A stretch of 56,387 nt of DNA, counting the filler, from Catajapyx aquilonaris (Eukaryota), in assembly GCA_000934665.2 (NCBI GenBank). It is 4 parts of 4 records of this genome, joined end to end, with 100 filler letters (N's around TTAATTAATTAA, not from the genome) between each part and the next. Parts side by side here need not be neighbours in the genome. Positions count along the whole stretch, not along the records: positions 14,132 to 28,183 come from KZ539748.1; 3 more parts are not named here. One strand, 5' to 3'. The translations under genes were made by a program, and so were the position numbers. The first letter of the stretch is position 1, and each line of letters begins with the position of its first letter. Below the pieces are notes generated by a model, which was given only the letters and a program-made list of their open reading frames with translations, had not been told where the DNA came from and did not search any database. Shown here piece by piece: positions 15,336-25,773 of this stretch.

Positions 15336-15966
15336 ACTGTTTCAGCACATTGTAATAACACATGAAATCTATATTTATACCGGAAAAACCTCAAGACACC
15401 ACATCCCCGTTGTTTTTGAACCATCTGAGCCGGAATATGAGCATACTTCATTAGTGTACCCGACACCCTCATCCTATGACACGTACGGTATGAAGCAGTA
15501 ATGTTGAAAATCTTGCCTATATTTCCCGGGGATCATGTGCTTCTGGGGGTGAAAAGACCCGGTCCTTACTCCGTCCCCGCGCCATGTACAAACCCCATTT
15601 TTGTACAGAAATCTATGTGACAGCAAGTACAACCGATCTGCCACCACTTATCGGACCCATCTGCCACCTCCTTCCAGAAAACTGGCAAAATACCTGAGAA
15701 TTGGCCACAGGTGAATTTGGGGGTCACAATTGTTTCGGCATTATCTTTCCAACCGGACCTAAAATGTGCGTACTTATCTATACACAGTATGAGACTTGGA
15801 CCCCTGTAAACATTGGCACCAGCATCGACGCTCCAGGGGGTCCAACTGGCTCACAAAATAAGAAAAGAAGTGGCGGAAAAGCACAGTGTTGCGATGAAGG
15901 CGACGGTTGATGACTGAGGATTCGTCCCCCGCATCGAGGCGCTTCCTCTGCGGTCCGCGCGTAGGT

Positions 15967-15974
15967 TATAAAAG
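15967..15974 (+). promoter_or_regulatory. TATA box of the linker histone gene
   Basis: TATAAAAG in a GC-rich context, 94 bp upstream of the ATG at 16061. Confidence 0.6.
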
Positions 15975-16060
15975 GGAGCAAGTCTGCAGCGAGCGGCGCA
16001 GACAGGTTGCAGCCCGGTGACGGAGAGGTGTGTGAGAAGCTTAGCTGATCGGTAAACGGC

Positions 16061-19000
16061 ATGAGTGAGGAAGCGGGACAGGCAGACGCGACTATGGAGG
16101 TTGACAGCGCTAACCATGAGGCTGAGGAGGATGTGGCGGAAGAGGCACCAGTCAAGGAAGAAAAGAAAGCCAAGGGGGGCAAGAGAGGGGCGAAGCCCAA
16201 GGCGGCGGCCAAGGCTGCTAAAGTGACGGGCGGGAAGAAAAAGTCTCCCGTTACCCATCCCAGGACCCTGGATATGGTGGTTGAGGCATTGGAACATCTG
16301 AGAGAGCCAAAAGGATCGTCCACCCATGCCATTAAGACGTACATAGTTGATAACTTCAAGACGGTATGTATGAGGGCAGGGGAAGGGGGCTGACTAGTGA
16401 GAGTGAGTGAACCATGTGGCGTGTGCTCTTGAAGAAGTAAAATTGTGGGTCAAGAATTGAACCAGACCGTCCTATTCTTTTCTATGAGTGGGTAGTGGGC
16501 TAAAATGCAAGTGCGCACTGGTGCAAGTGGAAGTCATGGAATTCCTATCCTTCCATCAAGGGGTAAAATCACTTGTCAAGTCCGTTGTACGGTATAAGGC
16601 ACCAAGTCGGACCAGTCCAGGCTCGAGTCCATTGTACGCACAACTGCCAAGTGATTGACCCCTTGTTGAGTTTGCACTTGTGCTTAAGTGTGCTACCCGA
16701 AAAGACACTCAGGCTGTCGGCTGGTTGCATGTTTACATAGGAATGGTTTTAAAAATTCCATTTTTAATAGTAGAGTGAGAGAGTTTAATAGTACTGTGAA
16801 CAAAATGGAGGTTAGAGTAACATAAGGGTAATATGCAGTTTAGGTTCCCAAGAATGATTCGGAAAGATCCTAAATGGCTGTGGCTATCTAGCTATATTAG
16901 AAGATACAAATATGGGACAGATGTAGATAGAACAGAGAAAAAAGGACAGGAAAGAGTGGCATCTCCCTTGGTCTGGCTCCTCCAAAGACCTGTCCAGCTT
17001 GAGATACCCTGCTGGTAGACAAAGCTACAGCTGGCATAGCTCTTGGGGTCATGAGAGAAACAAACTCCCCCAATCACTGCAAGATGGAGATACTGAGGGG
17101 TCCCAAGAATGCACATGATCTGTTTCACTGTAGAATGTAGAGGCTACTGTGTCAGTACTGCATCCAACAGCTGGTGACAAGACACTTGGGTAGTTAAAAA
17201 GTCTGCTGTAGAATTTGCCCAGACAGCATATACGCTGTGTAAATGAAATAAGTGTGCGTTATATGCAGAATGATAGTGACTCAAAAGAAACCTTTTTTGC
17301 CAATACACTTGGTGCCCCAGACGCATCGTTTAGTAAGAAAATGATGGTTTGTCACGTGTCATACCCTCAGTAACCATAGTAATACCATGGTTACCATTCT
17401 ACTGCAACAATATTATTGTTCCATCAGGCAATGTCACAAACACGTCAAACTGTGGTAACCATAGTGACCACCATGGAACAACTGCTGTTGTAGTTTGGTT
17501 ACCACAGTTTGCCGTGTTCGTGACGTCCATGCCTGATGGAACAATAATATTGTTGCAGTAGAATGGTAACCATGGTGTTACTATGGTTACTGAGGGTATG
17601 ACACGTGACAAACCATCATTTTCTTACTAAACGATTCGTCTGGGGCACCAAGTGTATTGGCAAAAAAGGTTTCTTTTGAGTCACTATCATTCTGCATATA
17701 ACGCACACTTATTTCATTTACACTGTGTATCTGGTGTTGTTACCCAGACATTATTTAACTCCTAGTCATTATGATTGGGTATGAACAAGGGGGTAGTCAC
17801 TTCAGAGAGCCGGTGTACACCCTCACTGGTGAGCCGCGGAGAGCCGAGGGAAAACTACGTCATATGATATGTCCCTTTGTCCCTACCCCGCGGGTTGTGA
17901 CGTAGTTGGCTCTCTGTGGCTCTTTGCGGCTCTCCGAGGCATCGGTGAGCCCATAAGACACACGGGGGGAGGGGCGTCAGATCTGAACTGCCTAAGGGTG
18001 GCCCGGGGGGGGGGGGGGNGGTTAAATCCTGCGTTTCACTGCAATGCTTGACATAATTGTGAGCATGAGTCTGAATGTGGTCAGCTTTCAAGACTGGCCT
18101 GGAAGAAGGGCAGGCTATGTTAGTCTAATTTGCCACTTCTATGAAATTTTCAACTTTGAGGCAGACTTGTTAGCAAAAATGTTGCCTTTCTGAATTACTT
18201 GGGAAGCTAAATTGCATAATTTCCATAAAAAGACTTTTGGCTATGTGATTGTCCACCAGGCCAACAAAAAAAGGCAGATTATGATTGGCTAACTACTGTC
18301 TCAGCCTCATAATCCTGTTTCGTAATCTGGGGACAATGTAGATAAATAAATAAATATATATATATCCTAAGTGAGGGTGACTGGTGACATATTTTGAGGT
18401 TTTCCATATAGCAGAAAAGGTTTAATGCTTTCCCAATAACTGTCTTATTGATTTTAGTAGCCTCAACCTTCCTGGACAAATCCATGTGCAAATCATAACG
18501 TGATTACTTTATCTGTTACAAAAATATATAATTATTCAACTACATTTGTCACAAAGTCACTCCTGCTCACGGTAAATTAATTAATAGTCCCTTTTTGTAA
18601 AAAAGGAAAATTTATTAATGCTTTAATTTTAATCTTAGGTTCGTGTTGATATGATTAAGATGATGTTGAAGAGAGCCCTGGCCCAGGGCATGAGCAGTGG
18701 AGTACTACAGCGCCCAAAGGGACAGGGTGAGGTGGCAACCCTCAATGGGCGTTACAAGTTGGGCCGCAAACTGGAAGGAGGCGGCGAGAAGACATCAAAG
18801 AGGCAACTAGAGGCGAAGAAGCCAGCCCCGAAAAAACCGGCTGGCAAGCCTAAAAAAGTGGTTAAGGCTAAGTCTAAGGCTAAGGCGAGTGGTGGAGGAG
18901 CTACCCCAAAGAGTGCAGCAAAGAAGTCCCCTGTTAAAGCCAAACCCAAAGCGAAAAAATCCCCAGCGAAGAAGCCTGCTGGAAAAACGCCTGCAGCATC

Positions 19001-19154
19001 TAAGAAAGCACCTGCTCCCAAGAAGGCGGCTGCTGCTAAGAAGTCTGCTGCTCCCAAGAAGGCATCCACCCCCAAGAAGCCTGTAGGGAAGAAAGCAGCA
19101 CCAAAGAAAGCAACACCGAAGAAGGCTGCCAAGAAGGGAACCAAACGGAGGTAA
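16061..19154 (+). CDS. Linker histone H1 variant (H15 domain), oocyte/cleavage-stage H1.8/B4-like, 2 coding exons, 272 aa
   Basis: Exons 16061-16363 (donor acg|gtatgt) and 18639-19154 (acceptor tcttag|), phase 0. The globular domain reads HPRTLDMVVEALEHLREPKGSSTHAIKTYIVDNFKTVRVDMIKMMLKRALAQGMSSGVLQRPKGQGEVATLNGRYKL. It has an acidic N-tail and a K/A/P-rich C-tail. No histone stem-loop follows the stop. Confidence 0.9.
16557..16665. mobile_element. Small MITE-like inverted repeat in H1 intron
   Basis: CAAGGGGTAAAATCACTTGTCA ... TGCCAAGTGATTGACCCCTTG, ~21-bp imperfect TIRs. Confidence 0.55.
17233..17727. mobile_element. Foldback MITE (~495 bp near-perfect palindrome, TA TSD) in H1 intron
   Basis: The arms mirror around 17480 (the ORF track shows mirror peptides at 17349+ and 17611-). 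Arms are ~230 bp with few mismatches. TA at 17231-17232 and 17728-17729. Confidence 0.9.
17790..17935. repeat. Imperfect inverted repeat (MITE-like) in H1 intron
   Basis: GAGCCGCGGAGAGCCGAGGGAAAACTACGTCA pairs with TGACGTAGTTGGCTCTCTGTGGCTCTTTGCGGCTC. Confidence 0.5.
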
Positions 19155-19729
19155 AGGTACCTCAAAGACTGTGGCGCCAGGCTTCATCTTTTTTTGTGTG
19201 TGATGACCAGTGCTAGGTGGAGGTGGGGGGACAAGAGTTCCATAAGATAGGGATACTTTGACTGGTTTTTAATGTACTAACAAAAAAAATTCGTCACATT
19301 TCAAAGCTTCTTGAAGCATTTTGGTACCAAAGGAGAGGCTGATATTGAAGCTTCTTGTATGAGGGGTGTCCAGGAAGGAAGGTAGAACGTTCTTTATTAT
19401 TATTTTGGAAAGTTTTAGTGACAGAAGCACACAACTTGAACATAGAGAAGGTATGGAGATGTCATTACTCAAATGTAATCCCTGAATCAATTCAGACCTT
19501 TGTTACACAGTTATACTAAGTCGTCTTCCCCCCCCCCTGCCCTGAATTCTGGATCCTGCAAACTGTTCCTAGTAGGTGACATTTCAGGGGGCTAACAAGG
19601 AAGAAGTTAGAGGGGCGCCAAGTCCAGACTATCACCATGACTTCCTTTGCAATTTGCAATTATTATTTTTTGCTGGGGAGAGGAAGGATTTTTCCAAATT
19701 ATGGAGTCCTTCTTGGTCTCTGGCGTGAC

Positions 19730-19920
19730 ATGGTGCACCCAAAGAATAGGTACGTTGCTACAGGGAGAAATCTTGGACCACCTACTTTACAGTCTGGACT
19801 TGGCCCTCTCTGACTTCTTTCTTTTCGGCTCCCTGAAATGTTACCTGTTGGGAAGATGGTTTGCCAGAGACGAGGAGATGAAGGAAGCGGTTATCATCTG
19901 GCTACTTCGCGTGGCCAAAA
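19730..19920 (+). pseudogene. mariner (DD34D) transposase C-terminal remnant
   Basis: EILDHLLYSLDLALSDFFLFGSLKCYLLGRWFARDEEMKEAVIIWL is a degenerate version of the mariner HPPYSPDLAPSDFFLFGxLK..L.GR.F..DEEVK.AV..WL motif. Confidence 0.85.
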
Positions 19921-20151
19921 TTTCTGTGCAGGGGGACAGAAGAGATTTTTTTTTTTACTTTACTTTCCAGACACCCCTCGTAAAAGAAATTAGACAAATG
20001 GATCAGCAGTCACATGTGGGTTTAAAAGAAATTTATTTTAGCGTGGTCGAAGTTTCCCTGCATCTAGAAATGTGGAGCTGATGGAATGGGTTTTGTTGGG
20101 TAATCCAAGTTAATACCCTGTGGAGCAAAGATGACCACTCACATTTTACTT

Positions 20152-20713
20152 ATAATAATAAATAATGGATACCCGGTTATAGGCCTCCTTGGGCCTCTTA
20201 GAGGATCATCTTTTCATGAACTGTCTTTAATCATTTGCCTGTAAGGGAGGCGTGGTAGTCTAGTGGTTAAGCCACTGACTAGCCAAGCGGGAGGCCGGTG
20301 TTCAAATCCCATCCCCGTCACCTCTGCTTGGCCGGATCATTTTCCGCTTTTCACCCGACACGCTGGGGCAGCATTGCACTCCCTTAGCTGCCCGGGGCCA
20401 GAGAAAAGGTCTGGTGATCTGAGAGAGTCGTGGACTATAAACCGAGGATGCCCCCCCNTGGGAACCTTCCCCCTCCCCCCTAAACGAGCCAAATGGCTCG
20501 AGCACGAGGTATCAATAAAAAAATGATAATAATAATAATCATTTGCCTGTGCCGCAATGGATTTTGATTGTGGGAGGAAACTGGAGAACCCCGAGAAAAC
20601 CCACGCAAACACGGAGAGAACCCATTGCAACTATATCCACATCCTCCGTCCGACCCGGGGATCGAAAGGGGGAAGGCTGCTACACTAACTACTACGCCAC
20701 CGTGTCGCCCTCG
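20152..20713 (-). mobile_element. tRNA-derived SINE (family A), interrupted by a second SINE
   Basis: Homologous to the copies at 1007 and 7877, with core TGCGTGGGTTTTCTCGGGGTTCTCCAGTTTCCTCCCACAATCAAAA on the minus strand. 11-bp TSD ACATTTTACTT at 20141-20151 and 20714-20724. Confidence 0.9.
20243..20535 (+). mobile_element. tRNA-derived SINE (family B) nested in the family A SINE
   Basis: A box TAGTCTAGTGG, B box GTTCAAATCC, a body unrelated to family A, and an AATAAAA..(AAT)n tail. 15-bp TSD TAATCATTTGCCTGT at 20228-20242 and 20536-20550. Confidence 0.88.
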
Positions 20714-21284
20714 ACATTTTACTTTGGAACTCTCATTTCGGATAGTTGGTACAATGACAGCTCTTCCTGAGGGAAATACAAGCCACGTCTGTTTTTTTTC
20801 CCGGCTTGCTCAGAATGTTTGATTAGCAGATATCAGGTTGGTGTACTGTCACCGAGTAGGATGGTCATAAATCCTGTGCTGAGGTTTTGGTCAATGTTTC
20901 TCCACTGTCAAAGTATGCCTGTTTTATGGTTCTCAAAGGGAATGTTTCATTTCAAGAGAAATAAAACTACTAACATGATAGCGTGTTTTGGGTGTAATTC
21001 ATGAGGGAGACATCACCACTAAGTCATACTGGAAGTACCTGTTTTATGCCAGTAATTGGCTCCAGCAACACAGCAGGATAAAGTGAAGAATCATAAAACG
21101 AGAAAAAATTATAATGTCAGTGGGTGAAAATGAGATAGGCTCCAAAATTTTCTCACAGACAGTACTAATATTTTTGTTTTTAATGCTGAATGTTTGATCA
21201 TTGAATACACTCATTTGATGGGAGGTTTTAGGTTGAGGGTCATCAGGTTCTGATGGTGCTCGTTCCTCATCATCGTCAAGTATA

Positions 21285-21570
21285 CAGGGTGTAATTCCTA
21301 AGCGTGTCACCAGAAAAGGTGGTGGTAGAGGGCGCAGGTGTGAGCATTTTTGCATGAGGAACTAGGGGTCGGAAACGCACCCTCACCGAGTTATGCCCCT
21401 TTCAAGTTTGCGGCAGGCAATGTGCAAGAGGCGTGTGGCACGCGGCGGATGAGTGGGTGAGGGGGGCTTGGCAGGTGCGTTTCTGACCCCTAGTTCCTTA
21501 TGCAAAAATGCTCACACCTGCACCCTCTACCACCACCTTTTCTGGTGATACGCTTAGGATTTACACCCTG
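21285..21570. mobile_element. Tc1/mariner-type MITE
   Basis: TA|CAGGGTGTAA..CCTAAGCG ... CGCTTAGGATTTACACCCTG|TA, with near-perfect TIRs of ~97 bp. Confidence 0.9.
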
Positions 21571-22600
21571 TATATAAAGCCCCTCTCCGAGGAGGAGGAG
21601 GATATAAGATATAGAAGGATGGAAAAGATTTTGCACTTCTCGAGGTCGTAGAGCGCTGGTCGAAGTTCCATTGGATTTCTTGCCTCTGCTTTACCAATGC
21701 CAAAAATCCTCATAATCGCAAAATTCCCAGCCGTTTTGGAGATAGCCAAAAGTCGACTTTTGTATGTGAGACCTTGCCCATCTGCTTGCCATTAAGGCAC
21801 CTGAGAACAATAGCACACCCTCTCTGGAGTCCCCTCCACCCGCCGCTGACATCTGGATCCACTCTAATCCCACCTCAGTGCCTTTTTCACCATACATCAG
21901 CTAGGGCACATTCTCATACTCCACACCTTTAGCGATGATGTCATGGGGTCTGTAAACGGGATGCCACCCCGCTCTGACCAATTTTTGTGTAAAAAGGCTT
22001 GCTATGTTTGCATGGGAGAGTGGGGTAAGTGTGGGGTGGGCGGGCACCTGCACCGGGCCTGGGAGAGTTACGGAGACCGAGGAGGACCTGCGCGGGACCC
22101 GACCAATTTGCGCCGCAGGTGCGCAAGTGGGGCGCAGCGGGGGCTGATTAGGCTTTCATGATTTTTGGTGAAAATGGACCTCATGGCGCTGTTCCCAAAA
22201 TGCAGCCATCTCATGATAGTTTGGTCTCAGATTAAATTTGATTTTGAAACTGTTAAAGTATGACTTTAGTAGTATTGTTTCTTTTGGATTACACCCATAT
22301 GTATTTTGTCCTATACAGAAGTTCTCTTGGGAATAGGAATGGGAAGGTCTCATATATTCAAATTCCTATAACCAACAACATTAGCGACAAGCAAATCATG
22401 GTCAAAAAATGCGAGATACATAATAGCATAAGTCATGTATCGCAGAGTAAGGGAATGCTTGCATAGTGCTGGTATTCCTGTGTTTTTATTATACTTGAGG
22501 GACAAGTATGAATGCTTTGAGTATGGAGGCTTACTTTTTAGTACAAGTTTTTCTGAAAGCATGACCCAAGAGTTTTGTTGTGTGCCATGTCACCCAAAAG

Positions 22601-22923
22601 CAGTGCTTCCCAAACTGGAATGTGAGGGAGGATAACAAATTATTTTCACAATATAATTATTTCTCTTGAAAAGTATGTCCATATGGTAAGTTACAGAACA
22701 ATTCAGAAACTCAACAATATTTATTAATGATAGTCATTGACTGACACTGTTTACCTGATTTTTCATGTTGGACGATCAAACTGTGCACATACGGGAGGGT
22801 GACGAGAGAGGAGAGATAGAGTGCAAACAACATAGCAGGGGGGATAAATATTGGCAATTAGGGGTCGCGTATTTTACTACACTATTTTCTGGGGTAGTGA
22901 ATTAAAAAGATTGGGAAACACTG
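22601..22923. mobile_element. hAT-type MITE
   Basis: TIRs CAGTGCTTCCCAA / TTGGGAAACACTG with flanking direct repeat CCAAAAG. The interior is homologous to 27611-27805. Confidence 0.75.
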
Positions 22924-23275
22924 CCAAAAGTGCAAAAGGCATGGAAGACTTTATCTGACATTTTTGGAATTTTATCCAAGATTTGAAAATAATGCTTTCA
23001 TCAAGTATTGCCATTTTTTTGTGTAAGGGTTGTTACAAACAGTATGGGGGTATTTTTTTATTGAAAATGTAAATGCTATGCTCAAATACCGAAAACTCAT
23101 TGAGCGGGAGGGGCGGTGGGAGAATGGTGTCATTAGGCTCACAACTCATCTGGTGGATTCAGAAAATATATAGGAACCTACAATTTTCGTGCTGAACTAA
23201 ACTGCAGTCTTTACCAGAAGTAGCACCTTCAAATTCCTCTATGTCATAATTGTGAGTAGGAACACACCACAGGAC

Positions 23276-23885
23276 CATGATGAAGGAATGGATTTTTAGG
23301 TTCAAAAAATCTTCAAATAGGTAGGCATTTAGGACCTGAAAACAGTCTAAATAGGCTCTTAATAGGCAGTAAAAATTAAGCATGTCCTAATTTATTTTCA
23401 TTTCTACACAATATTACAACCTATTTCTGGGCCATGAAATTTTGCAGCACAGTAACAAACTAGCAGTTCCATATTTTCATGTATTTTCGATGGTTAGTAG
23501 GCGCCGCCTCTCTGACAGTACATCTTTATACACCGAAAATGACCTTTCGACGTCACACGAAGGAACTAGATCATACTTGAAAAGTGAAATGTCTTCTGCC
23601 AGTTCATCTGGCATGGCTACAGCTCTTTCGCCCTTCACAGATGGAAGTGGGAGGGATTCCTTGAACAGAAAACCAGCAAAACTCTCGAAAATCTTAGAAA
23701 CTGGCAAAAATAGGTGCTAATAGGCCATTTAGGTTCCAACGCCCGACATAGGCTATTTTAGGTTCTATAAAACTACGATTTTTGAGGTCCTTATGTTATG
23801 AAACTGATTATAGATATTTTGGTTCCGGTGTTCTGCCTACAGAATAAAAAGTGGGTAAAAACCTAGAATCCGTTCTCTAATCATG
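23276..23885 (-). mobile_element. Internally deleted hAT-like (CGGBP1-related type) DNA transposon with transposase C-terminal remnant
   Basis: The minus-strand peptide FKYDLVPSCDVERSFSVYKDVLSERRRLLT carries the hAT dimerization/catalytic-E motif (S.DVERSFS). Imperfect TIRs CATGAT..GAA.GGATT.TAGGTT at both ends. No TSD recognisable. Confidence 0.7.
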
Positions 23886-24274
23886 ATGTACTGCCTGCAC
23901 ATAGTCATGGCTTGGATAGGAGGGAACAACTTTGCCTTGGTATCGATACAATACATGATATGTAGAATGTGCATCTCTGGAGGACAAATTGCAGCTATGT
24001 TTTGTTACTTGCCAGTGATCTTAGCTGCTGCACTGTTACCTAGATGTGTTCATACTTGCATGACCAATGTCCTTGAGCCTCCAGTAAACACTGATTATAA
24101 TTTGCCAGTCAGAACTGATAACACTGATGGAACTGCTTTCCTGCACTCCAGTGAAACAAAGAACTTCGGTTGCTTTATTAAACTGATACTCTAATGTCTC
24201 ATTTCATTGTTGCACATAGTACTGCTCCTGTAGGGGGTTGAAAGGCTGATGCTGCCTAAAGACTATCAAGTGAA

Positions 24275-24311
24275 TCTCGCTAGCGCAATGGATAGCGCTA
24301 CGGACTCCTAA
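24275..24311 (+). pseudogene. tRNA-Arg-like 5' half (tRNA pseudogene or SINE head)
   Basis: TAGCGCAATGGATAGCGCTA (D arm) followed by CGGACTCCTAA (anticodon-like CCT). No T-arm/GTTCG follows. Confidence 0.4.
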
Positions 24312-25478
24312 ATATTATCGGGGTTTATAGTTATAGCTACTTTGGCACATGCAATCACTGCCAGACTCAAAAGTCGCACCAAGTAAGTACATGTGCAAAA
24401 GTTCTGTTTGCTTAGATTTCAGAATATTAGGTGCTTTAGTCATTACCTTAGATTCAATTGTGGATTTTGTGTTGAATATCAACAAACGCCATCTTAAGTT
24501 TTATTTGAAATTGATGGGAGCTGCATTGTGATTGCTTTAAGTTGTAGTTAATTTTTGATACAGAAATGTGAGGGCTCAGTGATGCCTCTGGTATGAGGAT
24601 ATTTTGTAGTTATAATACCAAAATGGCTTGCTGAGAGGCTGGAGGATGAGAGAGTAGGTCTGGAAAAACTAGGTGCTGGTGTGGAAAGTTGTGTACTGGA
24701 AACAAAAGTCTGATTTTACAACTTGAGTTAATACTATGCTGCAATATCCATATGATATGTCAGTTCAAATGGAAACAATTGGAGGGGGTTTGAAGCATGC
24801 ATTATCCAAAAATGCCAATACTACACTGTTCGGAATTCAAAGTTTGTCGTTAATGGCTCTCTTTGGCTCAAAGGTGCACAAATTATTTTTGCTTTCAAAT
24901 TGGAGAACCTAGTTGTGAAGATGAAATTCACAAATAGATAATTATAAGCATATTAATTTCTACTTTTTACACCATTGAACTCTTCAAATCAGAAGTAATT
25001 CATGTAAACTTCATTGTGTAGAGGTGTTATTTGTATTGTAATTTTGAAATGAGCTTTTCCTAGTGTGTTCTTGGCAATATTGATTTTGGGTGAAATTGAG
25101 ATGTGGATGTTCATTTGTGTCACACACCAAGCTCTCAAGTGCTCTGGCATATATGTGCCAAATGGTAATCTGCTGGTTGACCACCTGGTTTCCCCCTTAT
25201 CGTTTGTATTTGATGTAACTTGTGGAGTTTCTTGAAGGATTAGCCAAGCATGAAAATTTTTAGGTATTGGTATTCCATTGTATGAATGAAATGCTATGTA
25301 TGCAAGAAAATGTGAAGAGTTCATGTTTAAGTGTAAAAAACAAGAAATAAAGTTTGATGCTCACCTGTGAGTACAAGATCTAAATATTGTTTTGTATTTA
25401 TTCAACAACAGTGATGATGATGATGATGATTCCTTAGCCAGTAGTAAGCCTGTGGCCACTAAGGGGAACCTCTTTTAA

Positions 25479-25773
25479 CCCTGGAACCGTGCTGTGGGGT
25501 CTTTTTGGACCCCAAGGAATTAAAATGCATTAAAACGATAATTACAATGAACTTTTGCCAATTTTTTTACGGTATATAACAGGAAGTGCATGATTATTTT
25601 GAATTTGCGATCATTTTAGCCATTGTTCAAAGAATTATTGTATATAGGCCTACTTCTAGTCAATACATTGAAAAGTATTATATAAAAAATTTTAAAAATT
25701 AAAATATAGATGGGGTCCGAAAAGACCCCACGGCACGGTTGCCGTAACTTTCAGGCAAGGCACGGTTCCAGGG
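25479..25773. mobile_element. piggyBac-type MITE
   Basis: TTAA TSD (25475-25478, 25774-25777) and perfect 14-bp TIR CCCTGGAACCGTGC / GCACGGTTCCAGGG. An asymmetric subterminal inverted repeat (GTGGGGTCTTTTTGGACCCCA / TGGGGTCCGAAAAGACCCCAC) is also present. Confidence 0.93.

Noticed and set aside
17349..17611. Twin 70-aa ORFs on opposite strands
   Set aside because: They are mirror translations of the palindromic MITE, with no coding signal.
15778..19187. Long antisense ORFs over H1 (and over SUGP1, SMN, KATNAL2 and klu)
   Set aside because: These are shadow frames of GC-rich or low-complexity coding exons.
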